A DNA stretch of 64,000 nt from Oopsacas minuta (taxonomy: Eukaryota > Animalia > Porifera): positions 186,001 through 250,000 of the forward strand of contig JAKMXF010000210.1 in the NCBI GenBank assembly GCA_024704765.1, in the 5' to 3' direction. Positions 31,781 through 42,600 of the stretch are shown here, in pieces. Both the position numbers and the translations under genes were made by a program. The number at the start of each line of letters is the position of its first letter. The stretch's first letter is position 1. The notes beneath the pieces are model-generated. The model saw nothing but the letters and a program-made list of their open reading frames with translations, had not been told where the DNA came from and made no database searches.

Positions 31781-34663
31781 TCAATTCGTGCAAAGAAATG
31801 CACATTTAAGTTTATATTCCTGTAAGTGTTCGGATTGCATAAATCTGTCAAACTCCTCTAAATAATGTCTGAGTTTCTTTTCTCGAAAAATATTCAAAAG
31901 TTCTGAAGTAAATCTTTCACCATCTTTCTCATTATAATAAGATTTAATAGCAGTCACCAATCTCTTGAAATTACTAACTTCCAAATCAGATTTTACCTTT
32001 GAAATCAAATTAGCAGCTCTTTCCTGTTTTTCTATGTAATCTTTTATTTCAGGTTTCTTCTGTTCGTGTTCAATCTTTATAGGAGTTGAAGTACTGCCTG
32101 TAGTGCTTACTTCGAAATCAAAGCTATCTTCACTCATTTGTGACACTAAACCAGAAACAATTGATTTATACTTGTTAATTTTGGGTTTTGAATCTTTTTC
32201 ACTATTTATACCCTCGAATATGCTCTCACACCCTTTAACACAAGGAGCTGAGTACATCTCAATTTCATTTCTGTGTGTAGATAGCTTACTCATGCTATCC
32301 CATACTGATCCTTTGAGTTTTGGACCGTTCAATTTGTTCAAAGTTTCTTTAGAAACAGGTAGAGTTTCAACCTTGGTATATTTCACGAATCTGCTATCAG
32401 CTGATTCAACTTTGCGTTTATTTCTGTCTCTACTTTTGCTGGTCGTGAATTCTAACGCTTTCGAAACATTTTTCGGTTTTTCTGGTATAATATTAGAAAA
32501 GTCTTTATTTGAGAAAAAGCTTTTCAATGAACCTATGGCCTCACTGACGTTCCCATAAACTTTAACACTTGGCTGTATCCATGAAGGGAGTTGTGAAATA
32601 TTTCCCAAATAACTGAACCTTGTGTCGCATAGCAGAATAGCACCAAAGTCATTTTTGTGTCGAATAACTCGTCCAATCGCTTGGTTAACAGATCTACTGG
32701 CTTGTTGTTTGTACCATTCATTTCCACTCAAGAACTTCTCACCTTTCCAACTCTGTGCTTCATCCAAGAATTCCATTTTCAACTTCACGCGAGGATCATT
32801 TTTAGGCGGGAAAGGTAGACCCGTGATTACTACCCCTCTTCCGTTGTTATCCGAGAAATCCATCCCCTCTGATACCTTACCTCTACACACACCAAAGAAA
32901 GCAGCACCTGCTCTTGGCTGAGCTGGATCAGATATGGTAGCAGAATAGGCGTCCATAACCGCAATAAAATCCGACTTACCTTTCGGCTCTTCAAATATTC
33001 TCTTAGACATCTCAATAGTCTCTGTTATGCCAGTATTCCTCCAGTGAGCCATACATTCATGCATGGTAGAATAAGATGGAAAGAATACTAACATGCCTTT
33101 TGGTATATTTCTAGTTAAAATATTAATAGTATTACCTATACTTGTTTGATATGATAAGTTACTTCTATTGTGATAGACTGATGTGAGCTCAATATTATCT
33201 GGCCCTGACTTGATTACTCCTACCCACATCTGTTCACGAGCTATTACATGAGGGTTCTTTAGCTGAATAGGGAAGTTAACTTGTAGCTCTGAAGAGAAAG
33301 CTTCTAGAGGAGAGAGGGTACCACTGGTGAGTAGGAGAGACCATATCTCCTTTTTGATGACGTCATGGATAGCAGCTCCAGCACAGAAACACCAATAAGA
33401 TAGAACTTTATACTCACGACTACCCCCATTTAGCCAGGTATCTCCTCTGCTAGTTTTTACTTCTTTTCTAATAAACACTTTATAAAAACGGGAAATCTTT
33501 TTCGCGAAATAAGTAGGGTCTATGTCTTGGGCAGGTATTTCACTGAAAACAGTTTTAACCGAATCCATGAATTTCTGTAGTGATTGAGTACTACGTTGGA
33601 ATCCAAATCTCTCTCCTTCAGCTGTATGTAATGAGATTACTGATTCCATTTTCTCTAGGAATGATGTCACTGTATTAAACCTAATTCCACACTGATTGAA
33701 TAACCTGAAAATGAAGTCACCAGGCTTAGTTATACCTTCTTTTGTGGGAATAGTTATACTATCCATGTTAGTCTCAAAATCAAGTAGAATAGCTTTTATA
33801 TAGATGAGCAGTTCCAACTGCTCTGCTGCTTCTGCATCACTTGTTTCTGCTGGTTGTAGGTCTGTTTTCCTCTTAATAATCGCGTCTAGATCACCGAGAC
33901 AAGAAGCTATGTCAATTGAGGTCAGTTCAAAGGAAGCAGCATCTTCACAAGTATTCTCTACATTGTGTCCTTCATCTAGAATTATAATTGCATTCTGAAT
34001 ATCTACACCGTTCATTTTCCTCAATTTACGGTCTAGAATGTAGTTATAAGGCATAAATACAATGTCTGCTATATCTTTCATTTCTCGTGCCATGAAGTAA
34101 GGACAGAATCCGCCCTGTAAGCCTCTAAACACCAGATCCTCGATATCTGGCATACCTTCCATTCTCTTACCTTTAGCTAAATCGAGATTGTTATGATAAG
34201 TACAAGAACGTGATTTAATCTTGGTTCTACACGAGTTGACTTTGTCTGAGTTATTTGTTAGCTTAGTAACTTGAGGATTTATACACAGCTGTTCACGAGA
34301 CCCGATTACAGCAACCATAGGTTTGTATGTAGTTGTTTTCAACTCACTGATAGCCTGTGATAACTGTGAGTGAGTTCTGGACGCATATATTATACGTGGA
34401 CAATTATGTACTTGCTCTTCTGGTGCTTCAGGTTCTTGTAATGGTATCGGCATTCTCTCACGGAGTTTCTGTATGTGGGCATTTCTCCAAGCTAATGCAG
34501 CGCATAGGAGACATATAGTCTTACCAGTGCCCGTAGGACTCTCTAGCAATGCATACTTTCTAGTTTCTAAGCACTCGATAACACGGGCCATATAAGTTAT
34601 CTGGCATTTATATGGGCTATGAGGAAACTCTACTGAAATTCCACGGATTTCTAACGTAGGCAT
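31781..34663 (-). CDS. RTEL1: Regulator of telomere elongation helicase 1 (intronless; likely start MPTLEIRG at 34663)
   Basis: LESPTGTGKT, YASRTHSQL, Fe-S cysteines, DEGH, LTSGTLSPL, CRGKVSEGMDF, QAIGRVIRH; C-terminal harmonin-N-like helical domain. Confidence 0.92.
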   Translation of the reverse strand: MPTLEIRGISVEFPHSPYKCQITYMARVIECLETRKYALLESPTGTGKTICLLCAALAWRNAHIQKLRERMPIPLQEPEAPEEQVHNCPRIIYASRTHSQLSQAISELKTTTYKPMVAVIGSREQLCINPQVTKLTNNSDKVNSCRTKIKSRSCTYHNNLDLAKGKRMEGMPDIEDLVFRGLQGGFCPYFMAREMKDIADIVFMPYNYILDRKLRKMNGVDIQNAIIILDEGHNVENTCEDAASFELTSIDIASCLGDLDAIIKRKTDLQPAETSDAEAAEQLELLIYIKAILLDFETNMDSITIPTKEGITKPGDFIFRLFNQCGIRFNTVTSFLEKMESVISLHTAEGERFGFQRSTQSLQKFMDSVKTVFSEIPAQDIDPTYFAKKISRFYKVFIRKEVKTSRGDTWLNGGSREYKVLSYWCFCAGAAIHDVIKKEIWSLLLTSGTLSPLEAFSSELQVNFPIQLKNPHVIAREQMWVGVIKSGPDNIELTSVYHNRSNLSYQTSIGNTINILTRNIPKGMLVFFPSYSTMHECMAHWRNTGITETIEMSKRIFEEPKGKSDFIAVMDAYSATISDPAQPRAGAAFFGVCRGKVSEGMDFSDNNGRGVVITGLPFPPKNDPRVKLKMEFLDEAQSWKGEKFLSGNEWYKQQASRSVNQAIGRVIRHKNDFGAILLCDTRFSYLGNISQLPSWIQPSVKVYGNVSEAIGSLKSFFSNKDFSNIIPEKPKNVSKALEFTTSKSRDRNKRKVESADSRFVKYTKVETLPVSKETLNKLNGPKLKGSVWDSMSKLSTHRNEIEMYSAPCVKGCESIFEGINSEKDSKPKINKYKSIVSGLVSQMSEDSFDFEVSTTGSTSTPIKIEHEQKKPEIKDYIEKQERAANLISKVKSDLEVSNFKRLVTAIKSYYNEKDGERFTSELLNIFREKKLRHYLEEFDRFMQSEHLQEYKLKCAFLCTN

Positions 34664-34874
34664 TGTACAGATCTGTAGGGGAATAATCAATTACGTAACT
34701 TATGAATTGATTACCTAAATATGAAATATTACGATTTTCTATGTGAGTAGTGTTTACATAAGAATATCCTGAGGAAGAGATTATGGACGTGGTTATGGGA
34801 AACAAGTCAAACAACTAAAAATGATATCTATTGAATTAAGCAACTAAAATATTTCTACCATGCTATATGAGTAT

Positions 34875-36254
34875 TTATGATGTATAGAGTAGTTTAGCTA
34901 AATAAAACTTGACACCAAATCCAGCTAGAGATAACAGAATCTGTCCTACAAGCATTAAAACTGTCACATTACGTTCGTGTTGTGGTCCAAATATTTTGAG
35001 TGCTAAGTTAATAAGCGTTAAATTAGACATGTCTACCATTTTCCTATCTTCTCCAAGTTGTTTCTTCACATCTACTAGTCTGAATAATTTGAGGAACCTG
35101 AAGGAGATACGACCCATAAATGGGAGGGAACTTGGTCTGAATGGTCCGGTATATGACATGCCTAATCGATCAGTAGTCTCGTTCCATTTTGGGAGTCTAT
35201 GTCTTGGACAGGGTATCCATCCAAACAGCTGAGGTATGGAGAAGATAAAATTCAGGATCTGAGGAATAAAGAAAAGAAGAAGTGATTTACTAAAGTGACC
35301 TAATATTCCTATAACTGCTAGAACCATTCCTGCGAAATTGCAATAAGTGTCTCCAACAAATACACGAGCCGGATACCAATTGTGCCAGAGTAGAGCTAAA
35401 GAAACGCCTAGAAATGGACAGATAACCGAAAAACGGAACAAAGTGAGACTATCCGGTATATCCAGGGATATTTGCGGCATTTGCAGGATACTGTACGTTA
35501 AAATACAGCCTGATATTATCACGGACTGACCCACTTCAATACCATTTATACCGGCAAGAATATTAATAGCATTCGTGCAAAAAACCGCGAGTAGTAGAAT
35601 GTAAATATAAAAGAAAATCCTGAGGTTTATGGGTTGCCCTCGTGGACAAAGCCTCCATAAATCAAACGGTAATCCATCTCTTCCTTGAATAGGTAAAAAT
35701 GTGATTGGACCAAATTGGGATTTTAGCATATCACAAATAAAATCAAAACGCGGTACAGTTACCCATGTACTGTCAGCTGATAGGATATATACCATGAGGA
35801 GGGGGAGAGAGGCTATAGTGGGGAGGAGCAATTTGTGTCTCCATCTAAGATCTAATACGTCATCAGCAAAACCTAAGAATATCATGCAACAGATTGATAG
35901 CATTGCAGCTAAATAATTAACCAATTCATAGGATATAGCATTGTTGAAGCTATCAGTGGAACTAGTGTTAACTGGTGGAATATGCGAGAATATTCTAGAA
36001 TTTGATAAGTACTGAGATATGAAGGGAACAGGAATGAATAAGAACATTACAATAAGATAAACTGCAGATGCGATAACTCCAATAGCTTCAGGAATACGAG
36101 GCTTGCCTTTCTTGCTAAGATCCTTGCCGGATAAATTAGCTTTTATGAAGAGATAAGACATTTCTTTTATCAGATGATGAGTTAGGATAGCTCCGAATAT
36201 TGATAGGAGAATATTCGCACCGATAAGAAATATCACAGAAGTATCGTGAATCAT
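34875..36254 (-). CDS. DPAGT1: UDP-GlcNAc:dolichyl-phosphate GlcNAc-1-phosphotransferase
   Basis: GFADDVLDLRWRHKL, FCTNAINILAGINGIE, NWYPARVFVGDTYC, CPRHRLPK. Confidence 0.95.
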   Translation of the reverse strand: MIHDTSVIFLIGANILLSIFGAILTHHLIKEMSYLFIKANLSGKDLSKKGKPRIPEAIGVIASAVYLIVMFLFIPVPFISQYLSNSRIFSHIPPVNTSSTDSFNNAISYELVNYLAAMLSICCMIFLGFADDVLDLRWRHKLLLPTIASLPLLMVYILSADSTWVTVPRFDFICDMLKSQFGPITFLPIQGRDGLPFDLWRLCPRGQPINLRIFFYIYILLLAVFCTNAINILAGINGIEVGQSVIISGCILTYSILQMPQISLDIPDSLTLFRFSVICPFLGVSLALLWHNWYPARVFVGDTYCNFAGMVLAVIGILGHFSKSLLLFFIPQILNFIFSIPQLFGWIPCPRHRLPKWNETTDRLGMSYTGPFRPSSLPFMGRISFRFLKLFRLVDVKKQLGEDRKMVDMSNLTLINLALKIFGPQHERNVTVLMLVGQILLSLAGFGVKFYLAKLLYTS

Positions 36255-36598
36255 CCTACAAATCTAGAGAATATACGAAGTTGGAATTAATTCATTAAGA
36301 AATTACAGTAGACAGCTACACTGAATTGATTTGATTAACCCATTAAGCGAAGTTTATTGTGTACTTACCAACCTCTTATATTATTTTACTGGATATTATC
36401 TGCTAAATCCCGGGATTTTCGAAAAATTACCTTCACCTCCAATTTTACATCCATATAAGGCAATTTCAGGCTATTATTTGTGTGAGAAGGGCACGTACAT
36501 TTTTTGAAAACTGGATTTCTTGTAAAATCCCTGGAAGGTTGGCAAGCGGAAGAGTTATTTAAATAAGGGTTGAATGACTAATATATTAAAATAATAAA

Positions 36599-38221
36599 CT
36601 AATCGCTATCTTCAGAATCTACTTCCTTTTTCTCAACTTTTTTCCTTTCACCATTTTCCAATTTCTTTAGTTTAGCAACGAAGAATCCGTCAAAATTCTG
36701 CACATGAGGATAGAAGCGTTTACAGAGTTTGAGTGAGGGATGAAACTTTTTATCGCGGAATTTAACAAAACCTTCTCTACCAATACCTAAATCAATTGGT
36801 ACCAGTTTCACATACCTCTTCCTCAGTGCATAGTCAATTACTTGTTCATTCTCGTCTATAAACACACTACATGTAGAGTATACAATGATAGATGAAGATG
36901 ATTTGTGGTTAACACTATCAATAGCTGACAGAATCAGCTGTTTCTGTAGAGTAGTACATCTTTTAATATCTAAATTATCCTTGGAAGTTTTAACACTGGG
37001 ATCTTTTGATATAACCCCAGTTCCGCTACATGCAGCGTCTAATAGAACACGATCAAATCCTCCAGTAACTTTATCTGGGAAGCTACGTCCATCGTAATGA
37101 CAGATTACAGTATTCTTAACTCCCATTCTGTATATATTCCCAACTAGTGATTTTGTCCTATCCCTGTTGATATCATTAGCCATGAGTACACCTGTGTTTT
37201 TCATTAATGCAGCTATATAGGTTGTTTTACCTCCAGGAGCAGCACACATGTCTAGAATTCTCTCTCCTTCTTTAGGGGCTAGAGCCATTACTGGTACCAT
37301 GGATGAAGCTCCCTGTAGCATGTAATGACCTGATAGATACTCAGGAGTAGCTCCTATCGGTACTTGACTCTTGTACACAACTAGACCTACTTTGGACCAA
37401 TCCCCCACAGGATCAAGATTGACACCTCTATTGATTAAGGTCTGTGCCAGTTCTCTACGTCTTGTCTTGATTGGGTTTGCCCTGATAACGATGGGACGTG
37501 GCATCTCACATGCGTCTAAGAACGCCTTCAGTTCAGGAATAGAGAATATTTGCATTAATTTAGATATCATAAATCCATTATAACCGTAGTATGAGCAGAG
37601 ATCTGATTTCAAACTCTTCATATAATCAATTCTACTCATCCCTTCTTCTCTAAGAGATTTTAAATTGGATAGGATCAAAATTGTCTCGTCTATTCGCTGA
37701 GATAGAATTGACATATCTTCAGTTATAATTCCATCTCCTAAACCTTCTCCTGTTATATCAGTTATATTAACGGTGATGTCATCAGCTTCTCGATGGTCTT
37801 GTTGACTTGTTGTGTCTTCTATGACGTCACTGTCACTATCTGGATCCAGGTCATCAAGGACAGGAATATGTACCTCATTAACTGCCCCCTCATCTCCCTC
37901 CATCATTGTAGCTAGATCCAATGTGACGTCATCATTATTCTCCTCTATCTGCATAGTTGTATCATTAACTATGTTATTATACCCGTGTATACCTTTCAAT
38001 TCTGTTCTCAGCTGTTTCTTATTAGATCTCTTCTTTGCTCTTTGCTTCTGTTTGGAAGATAGTTTCTTAGCTACAGAAGTACTGCTATCTTCCATATGGA
38101 GAGATTTAGTTAGTTTAGGTAGTAGAGGTACTCCTCTCTTTATCTTACGTCTATCTGTCTTGCTAACTCCTAGTTTGGATTTGTATCTTCCTTTCTCACT
38201 GGTGTATTGTCTACGACCCAT
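36599..38221 (-). CDS. NOP2: 28S rRNA m5C methyltransferase Nop2/NSUN1
   Basis: QVPIGATPEYLSGHY, ILDMCAAPGGKTTYIA, FDRVLLDAACSGTG, VYSTCS, RFYPHVQNFDGFFVAK. Confidence 0.95.
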   Translation of the reverse strand: MGRRQYTSEKGRYKSKLGVSKTDRRKIKRGVPLLPKLTKSLHMEDSSTSVAKKLSSKQKQRAKKRSNKKQLRTELKGIHGYNNIVNDTTMQIEENNDDVTLDLATMMEGDEGAVNEVHIPVLDDLDPDSDSDVIEDTTSQQDHREADDITVNITDITGEGLGDGIITEDMSILSQRIDETILILSNLKSLREEGMSRIDYMKSLKSDLCSYYGYNGFMISKLMQIFSIPELKAFLDACEMPRPIVIRANPIKTRRRELAQTLINRGVNLDPVGDWSKVGLVVYKSQVPIGATPEYLSGHYMLQGASSMVPVMALAPKEGERILDMCAAPGGKTTYIAALMKNTGVLMANDINRDRTKSLVGNIYRMGVKNTVICHYDGRSFPDKVTGGFDRVLLDAACSGTGVISKDPSVKTSKDNLDIKRCTTLQKQLILSAIDSVNHKSSSSIIVYSTCSVFIDENEQVIDYALRKRYVKLVPIDLGIGREGFVKFRDKKFHPSLKLCKRFYPHVQNFDGFFVAKLKKLENGERKKVEKKEVDSEDSD

Positions 38222-38244
38222 TAGCTATTTACAATTTCATTCAT

Positions 38245-38323
38245 TACAGTGAAACCTCCACAAATGTGGCCTGTGGAAAAGGGAACCTCTGGAAACGGGG
38301 TAGTTTAGGGAGGTTATACTGTA
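38245..38323. mobile_element. Complete 75-bp Tc1/pogo-type MITE between RPL8 and NOP2
   Basis: TA + CAGTGAAACCTCC ... GGAGGTTATACTG + TA; TIRs match at 11/13; TA target duplication. Confidence 0.75.
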
Positions 38324-38451
38324 CGTATTTGTTTGTAAATTTACTTCTAAGAATACATTACTATATTGCTACTTAATATAACTAAGCTCTACACTACCTT
38401 TGAGTTATGAAATCTATAACAATCACTAATTAGCTAATAACCAATTCCAAA

Positions 38452-39445
38452 TCAAGCGTGTTTACTTAAGATCCCTCTCTTACCTCCTCTGAGTCTACCT
38501 GTCCGCCGAGCAGCGATCAGACCCACCTTCCTACCAGGGGGACAGTTCCTCCTCACGGTGCTGGGCTTACCGATGTGCTGATGGTTACCTCCTCCGTGAG
38601 GATGCTCTACTGGGTTCATCGCGACACCTCGCACCTTTGGCCAACAGTTCCTCTTCACTTTATACTTATGGTAAGCGTTACCTGCCTTTAGCATAGGTTT
38701 ATCAGTCCTACCTCCTCCAGCAATGATACCTATCAGAGCTCTATTCCTGGAAGAGAATGTTTTCTTCTGACCAGAAGGTAGCTTCACTTTACTGGTATTA
38801 TTATCAACGTTGTGTGATACTAGTGTAATGTATGCACCAGATGTTCTGGCTAGCTTACCACCATCTCCCATCTTCTCTTCTACATTAGATACGATCATTC
38901 CTTCTGGCATAGCTCCCAGAGGCATGCAGTTACCAACTGTTATTTGTGCTAGAAACATTAGATACGTTAAGCTAAGTACAGGAAAATCACGTTTTATCGT
39001 AGCTCAAGGGATCGCAATAATTAAATCTTATATAGCCAATGAAATGTATATTACTTTGACAGTTTTGAAACTTAATTGTACAATTTAAGACTCGATATAA
39101 GCGGTTAGTGTTGAAATGGGAGTCGACTGTAATTTAAATACCATAACTTCATAAAACTGACTAACCCTTCTTTCCACAATAGACAAACTGTCCAGTTGAT
39201 AATCCCTCTACTGCCAAGAACTTCTGCTTCCTCAATTTATTACGATATCTGTCTCTGAATGCTACAACAGCTAGAGGAGCACCTCTTCCTGGGTCGTGTA
39301 TTATATCCTTCACAACACCTCGGATATATCCGTGTCTCTCTGCGAAATCTAAAGTGCGGAATTTGGGTACACCCTTACGGTGCTTGGTGTGTGCGCGGAA
39401 AATTCCGCCTGCACCCTTTCTCTGTCCTCTGATAACTCGTCCCAT
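38452..39445 (-). CDS. RPL8: 60S ribosomal protein L8/uL2 (exons 39445-39166 and 38948-38452)
   Basis: [48 protein letters not shown]. Confidence 0.97.
39079..39131. mobile_element. pogo-type MITE remnant in the RPL8 intron
   Basis: Right end GGGAGTCGACTGTA (reverse complement TACAGTCGACTCCC); degenerate left end TACAATTTAAGACTCGATATAA. Confidence 0.45.
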
Positions 39446-39614
39446 TAAGAAATGTCGTCAGTCACACTAGTTAAATAAGCTGAAATATGAAAATTCAAAC
39501 CGTGCATTTCTAATATGAAAATACAGGCCTAATCGATAATACTTAAATCGAGTAAATCTAACACTCTTAGAACTACTTTATACAAAGCTTTAATTAAAAA
39601 CTGCAAACAAAGAG

Positions 39615-42600
39615 TTAAAGAGAAATATCAACAATTTCCTGAAGGAACAACTCCAACTGGCCATTAGCTCCAGAACAGAACCTAATCATAGCTGAGAGAT
39701 CTTTGTTACTTTCTTTACACTCTACACGACTACGAGTATTTCTGTTTAGAAGAAAATTGTTCCACCAGAGGAACCCCATCTTGCTATAGTAACCTGCTTT
39801 ATCAGGGGAACATGTACTGTTCCTACCCGTCCCCTCTACAAGATCCACTTTCTGGGGTACCAAAGATATAAAATACTGCCCTGTGAAATGTGTGAATCTG
39901 TCCTTACGTAGTTGAGTAGGTGTATAGGGGGGAGATGGTAAGTAACAGAGATGAGATTCTTTTATGAAACCAAATTTGAACGCGATTAATGTCATCACCT
40001 CAACAATACGTGTAGTATCAGAATGTATATGTTTTGGTAGAACTAATGGGATATAGTAGGGTCTCCTGAAGGGGTGTGAGAAGAGATCGGATAGGGTACG
40101 ACACGAGGGGTACAGTCTAAGAACAAAGCCTGATTTATGAGCAAAATGTTCAAATTCAGAAACAGCTTGATTCAATAAGGAAGTAGTAGCTAATCTGAAT
40201 TGGAGCTCTATACGGAAACCAGCCAGTGGAGAATAGGCCTTATCGTGACTGAGATGTACTGCAGAGGCACACATTGTGTTGTCCTGAGGGATACAGGGCA
40301 TGAGAGAGTCCAAGAGAGGACATATCCTCTGTCCTTCATTGAAATCAGGACGGATAGGTGGTAGGTAGCATGATTCAGGTTTTATGCTCTTACTGCCATG
40401 AGCTGTAAGATACTCATTTTGATTCCAGAATACTTCAATTGCACAAATCTGCTCAGCACTTGTTGTATGAGTTATTTTAGCATGCCCTTTATCTATACTA
40501 GCACCACAATCTTGAAATGAACAGATATAATAACCATTTGTTTGTATTGAAAATGTTGGATCATCAAATCGTAAAATGTATCCCTTTTTCGCGAGGGTGA
40601 GTATCACATTCCAAACTTGATCTCGGGTTACTAGGCTCTGTAGCTGTTGAGAGAGATAGTCAGTTAGTTTAGATAGAATAAAGTAATTCGTTCTGGTGTT
40701 GGGATTAGCTGCTGAGATTTTGAAATATCCCAAAAAGTTATTATTAGGATTTTGTATAGTTTGTACTAATTCAAACCAATTCTCTTGTTTTATACATTCT
40801 AAGAGTTTTTCTTTTGTAGATTCGCTTTCAGAATCCTGACTCTTAATTTTGGACCCCCTCCTATTGACAGGGTCTGAGAAAGATCCTCTTTGAGACATCT
40901 TTTGCTTAGCAACGTTAATTTGATCCAGGAATGTTGTGAAGTTATTAAACTTCGTTTCTTTCCATTCTCTCAATTTATCTCTACTCCCTGAGAGGAGTAA
41001 ATCAGAGGGTAGGGATTCAGGTAACAATATGAACTGTACACTCCAAAAAGTGTCTTGTTGTTGCATCATCTGATGGTACTCCTTCTTCCATATGGATACG
41101 TCGAAGTGACTCCAACTCTCTGTAGATAGGTCTGATTGCTGGAATGATAGACCAGCTAACTCGAAACGTGATCTACCTATAATAAGATACTCCATTATAA
41201 TACAGTCAATTCCCGTTATATCGAAGTCTCAAAATTGTACAAATAAGGTCCCAAACCGTCAAAGTAGGTAGCATACATTCCATCGGTTATAATTCCGCCA
41301 TATCGGGCGTTGGCTGTACTATTAATTCCAGTCACTTACCTAGTGGCCATAGATTATACACATAATTAATAGAAGCGTGTTTCTTCAGGTTAGCAGGTGT
41401 GTACACGTTAGCTGTATACTCCAACTGATTATATGATGTATTTAACATTACTATAAGCTCATGATATACTTCTCCATGACCTAACCATAGTTTTGTACCA
41501 GAAGTACTGAATGGCATATTAGAACTGTTAATATTCAATAATTCATTCACTGAGAAAGCATTGCCATGTATTGTCGTTATTAGTTGAAAACCGCAGACCA
41601 ATCTCTGCGAAATTAACTCATTAATAGCTACCAGTACTTGTTGTTCACAAGACTGTGATACCGTGGATACCAACGTCTCCGAAAATATGTTAGTAGATAG
41701 ATGATAGTGATCTGAATTCAAACTAGAAGGAAAGAAATCATTTGTAATGGGACATAGAGCTGGGTGTATTAGAGATTTCCAATTAATTCCTCGCTTAACA
41801 AATGCCTCTACAACTTCTCCTACTACTTTAAGTGTAGGAACAGAATCCGGTGCTGAATACGACCTGTGTAATTTCTTATGAGGTTGTGACTCTAGCCGTC
41901 TAGTGCTGCTAGTGAAGCAAGCAGGAGCACTTTGGTTATAAGGTAATCCATTCTGATTAATACCATCAGAAAGTGGTGTATATTCTATGAGTAATTATGA
42001 TAATTATTAATATTTGAAAATTACATATATTTCTTACCAGATTCTTCCTGAGGCAATTCATCTATGTAATTAGGCTTGAGTCCATCTTGAATGTCTGAGA
42101 ATGCAAATATAGTATCTTCACATACGTTCTCTGTCTCATGAGCAGTCTCTGAATCTCTCAGATAATTGTCTCTGACTATAATACCACGATGAGAAGCTGG
42201 GAAGCAGTGTGCCCATCTCCTCCTGCTGCCTGAAGTCTGAGTCAAGTGACAGTTCCTATTGAATGGGTTAATCTCATTACTGTGTGTTACTATACGACTC
42301 TGACTGCTAATAGGAGGGAGAGATGTAACTAGTGTGTTAAGAGATGTGAAATCTGGGATAGAACTGCTGAGTGATGATCCTCCTATACAACACAAACATT
42401 AGTAATAGCGTGTACGGAGATACTTCCGTATATTTTGGCATGTTTCGGCTTGACATGATACCCAACATATGAATGAAGTTTGCAGATTGGGCATTAGCAA
42501 GTATTGTCAGAGTCGCTTAGTATGAACCAATGCAGTGGCCCGGTAAAACCATTCCCATATGATTCGTATTAAATTAGGTTCCCTTAAGGAGTATAGTTTA

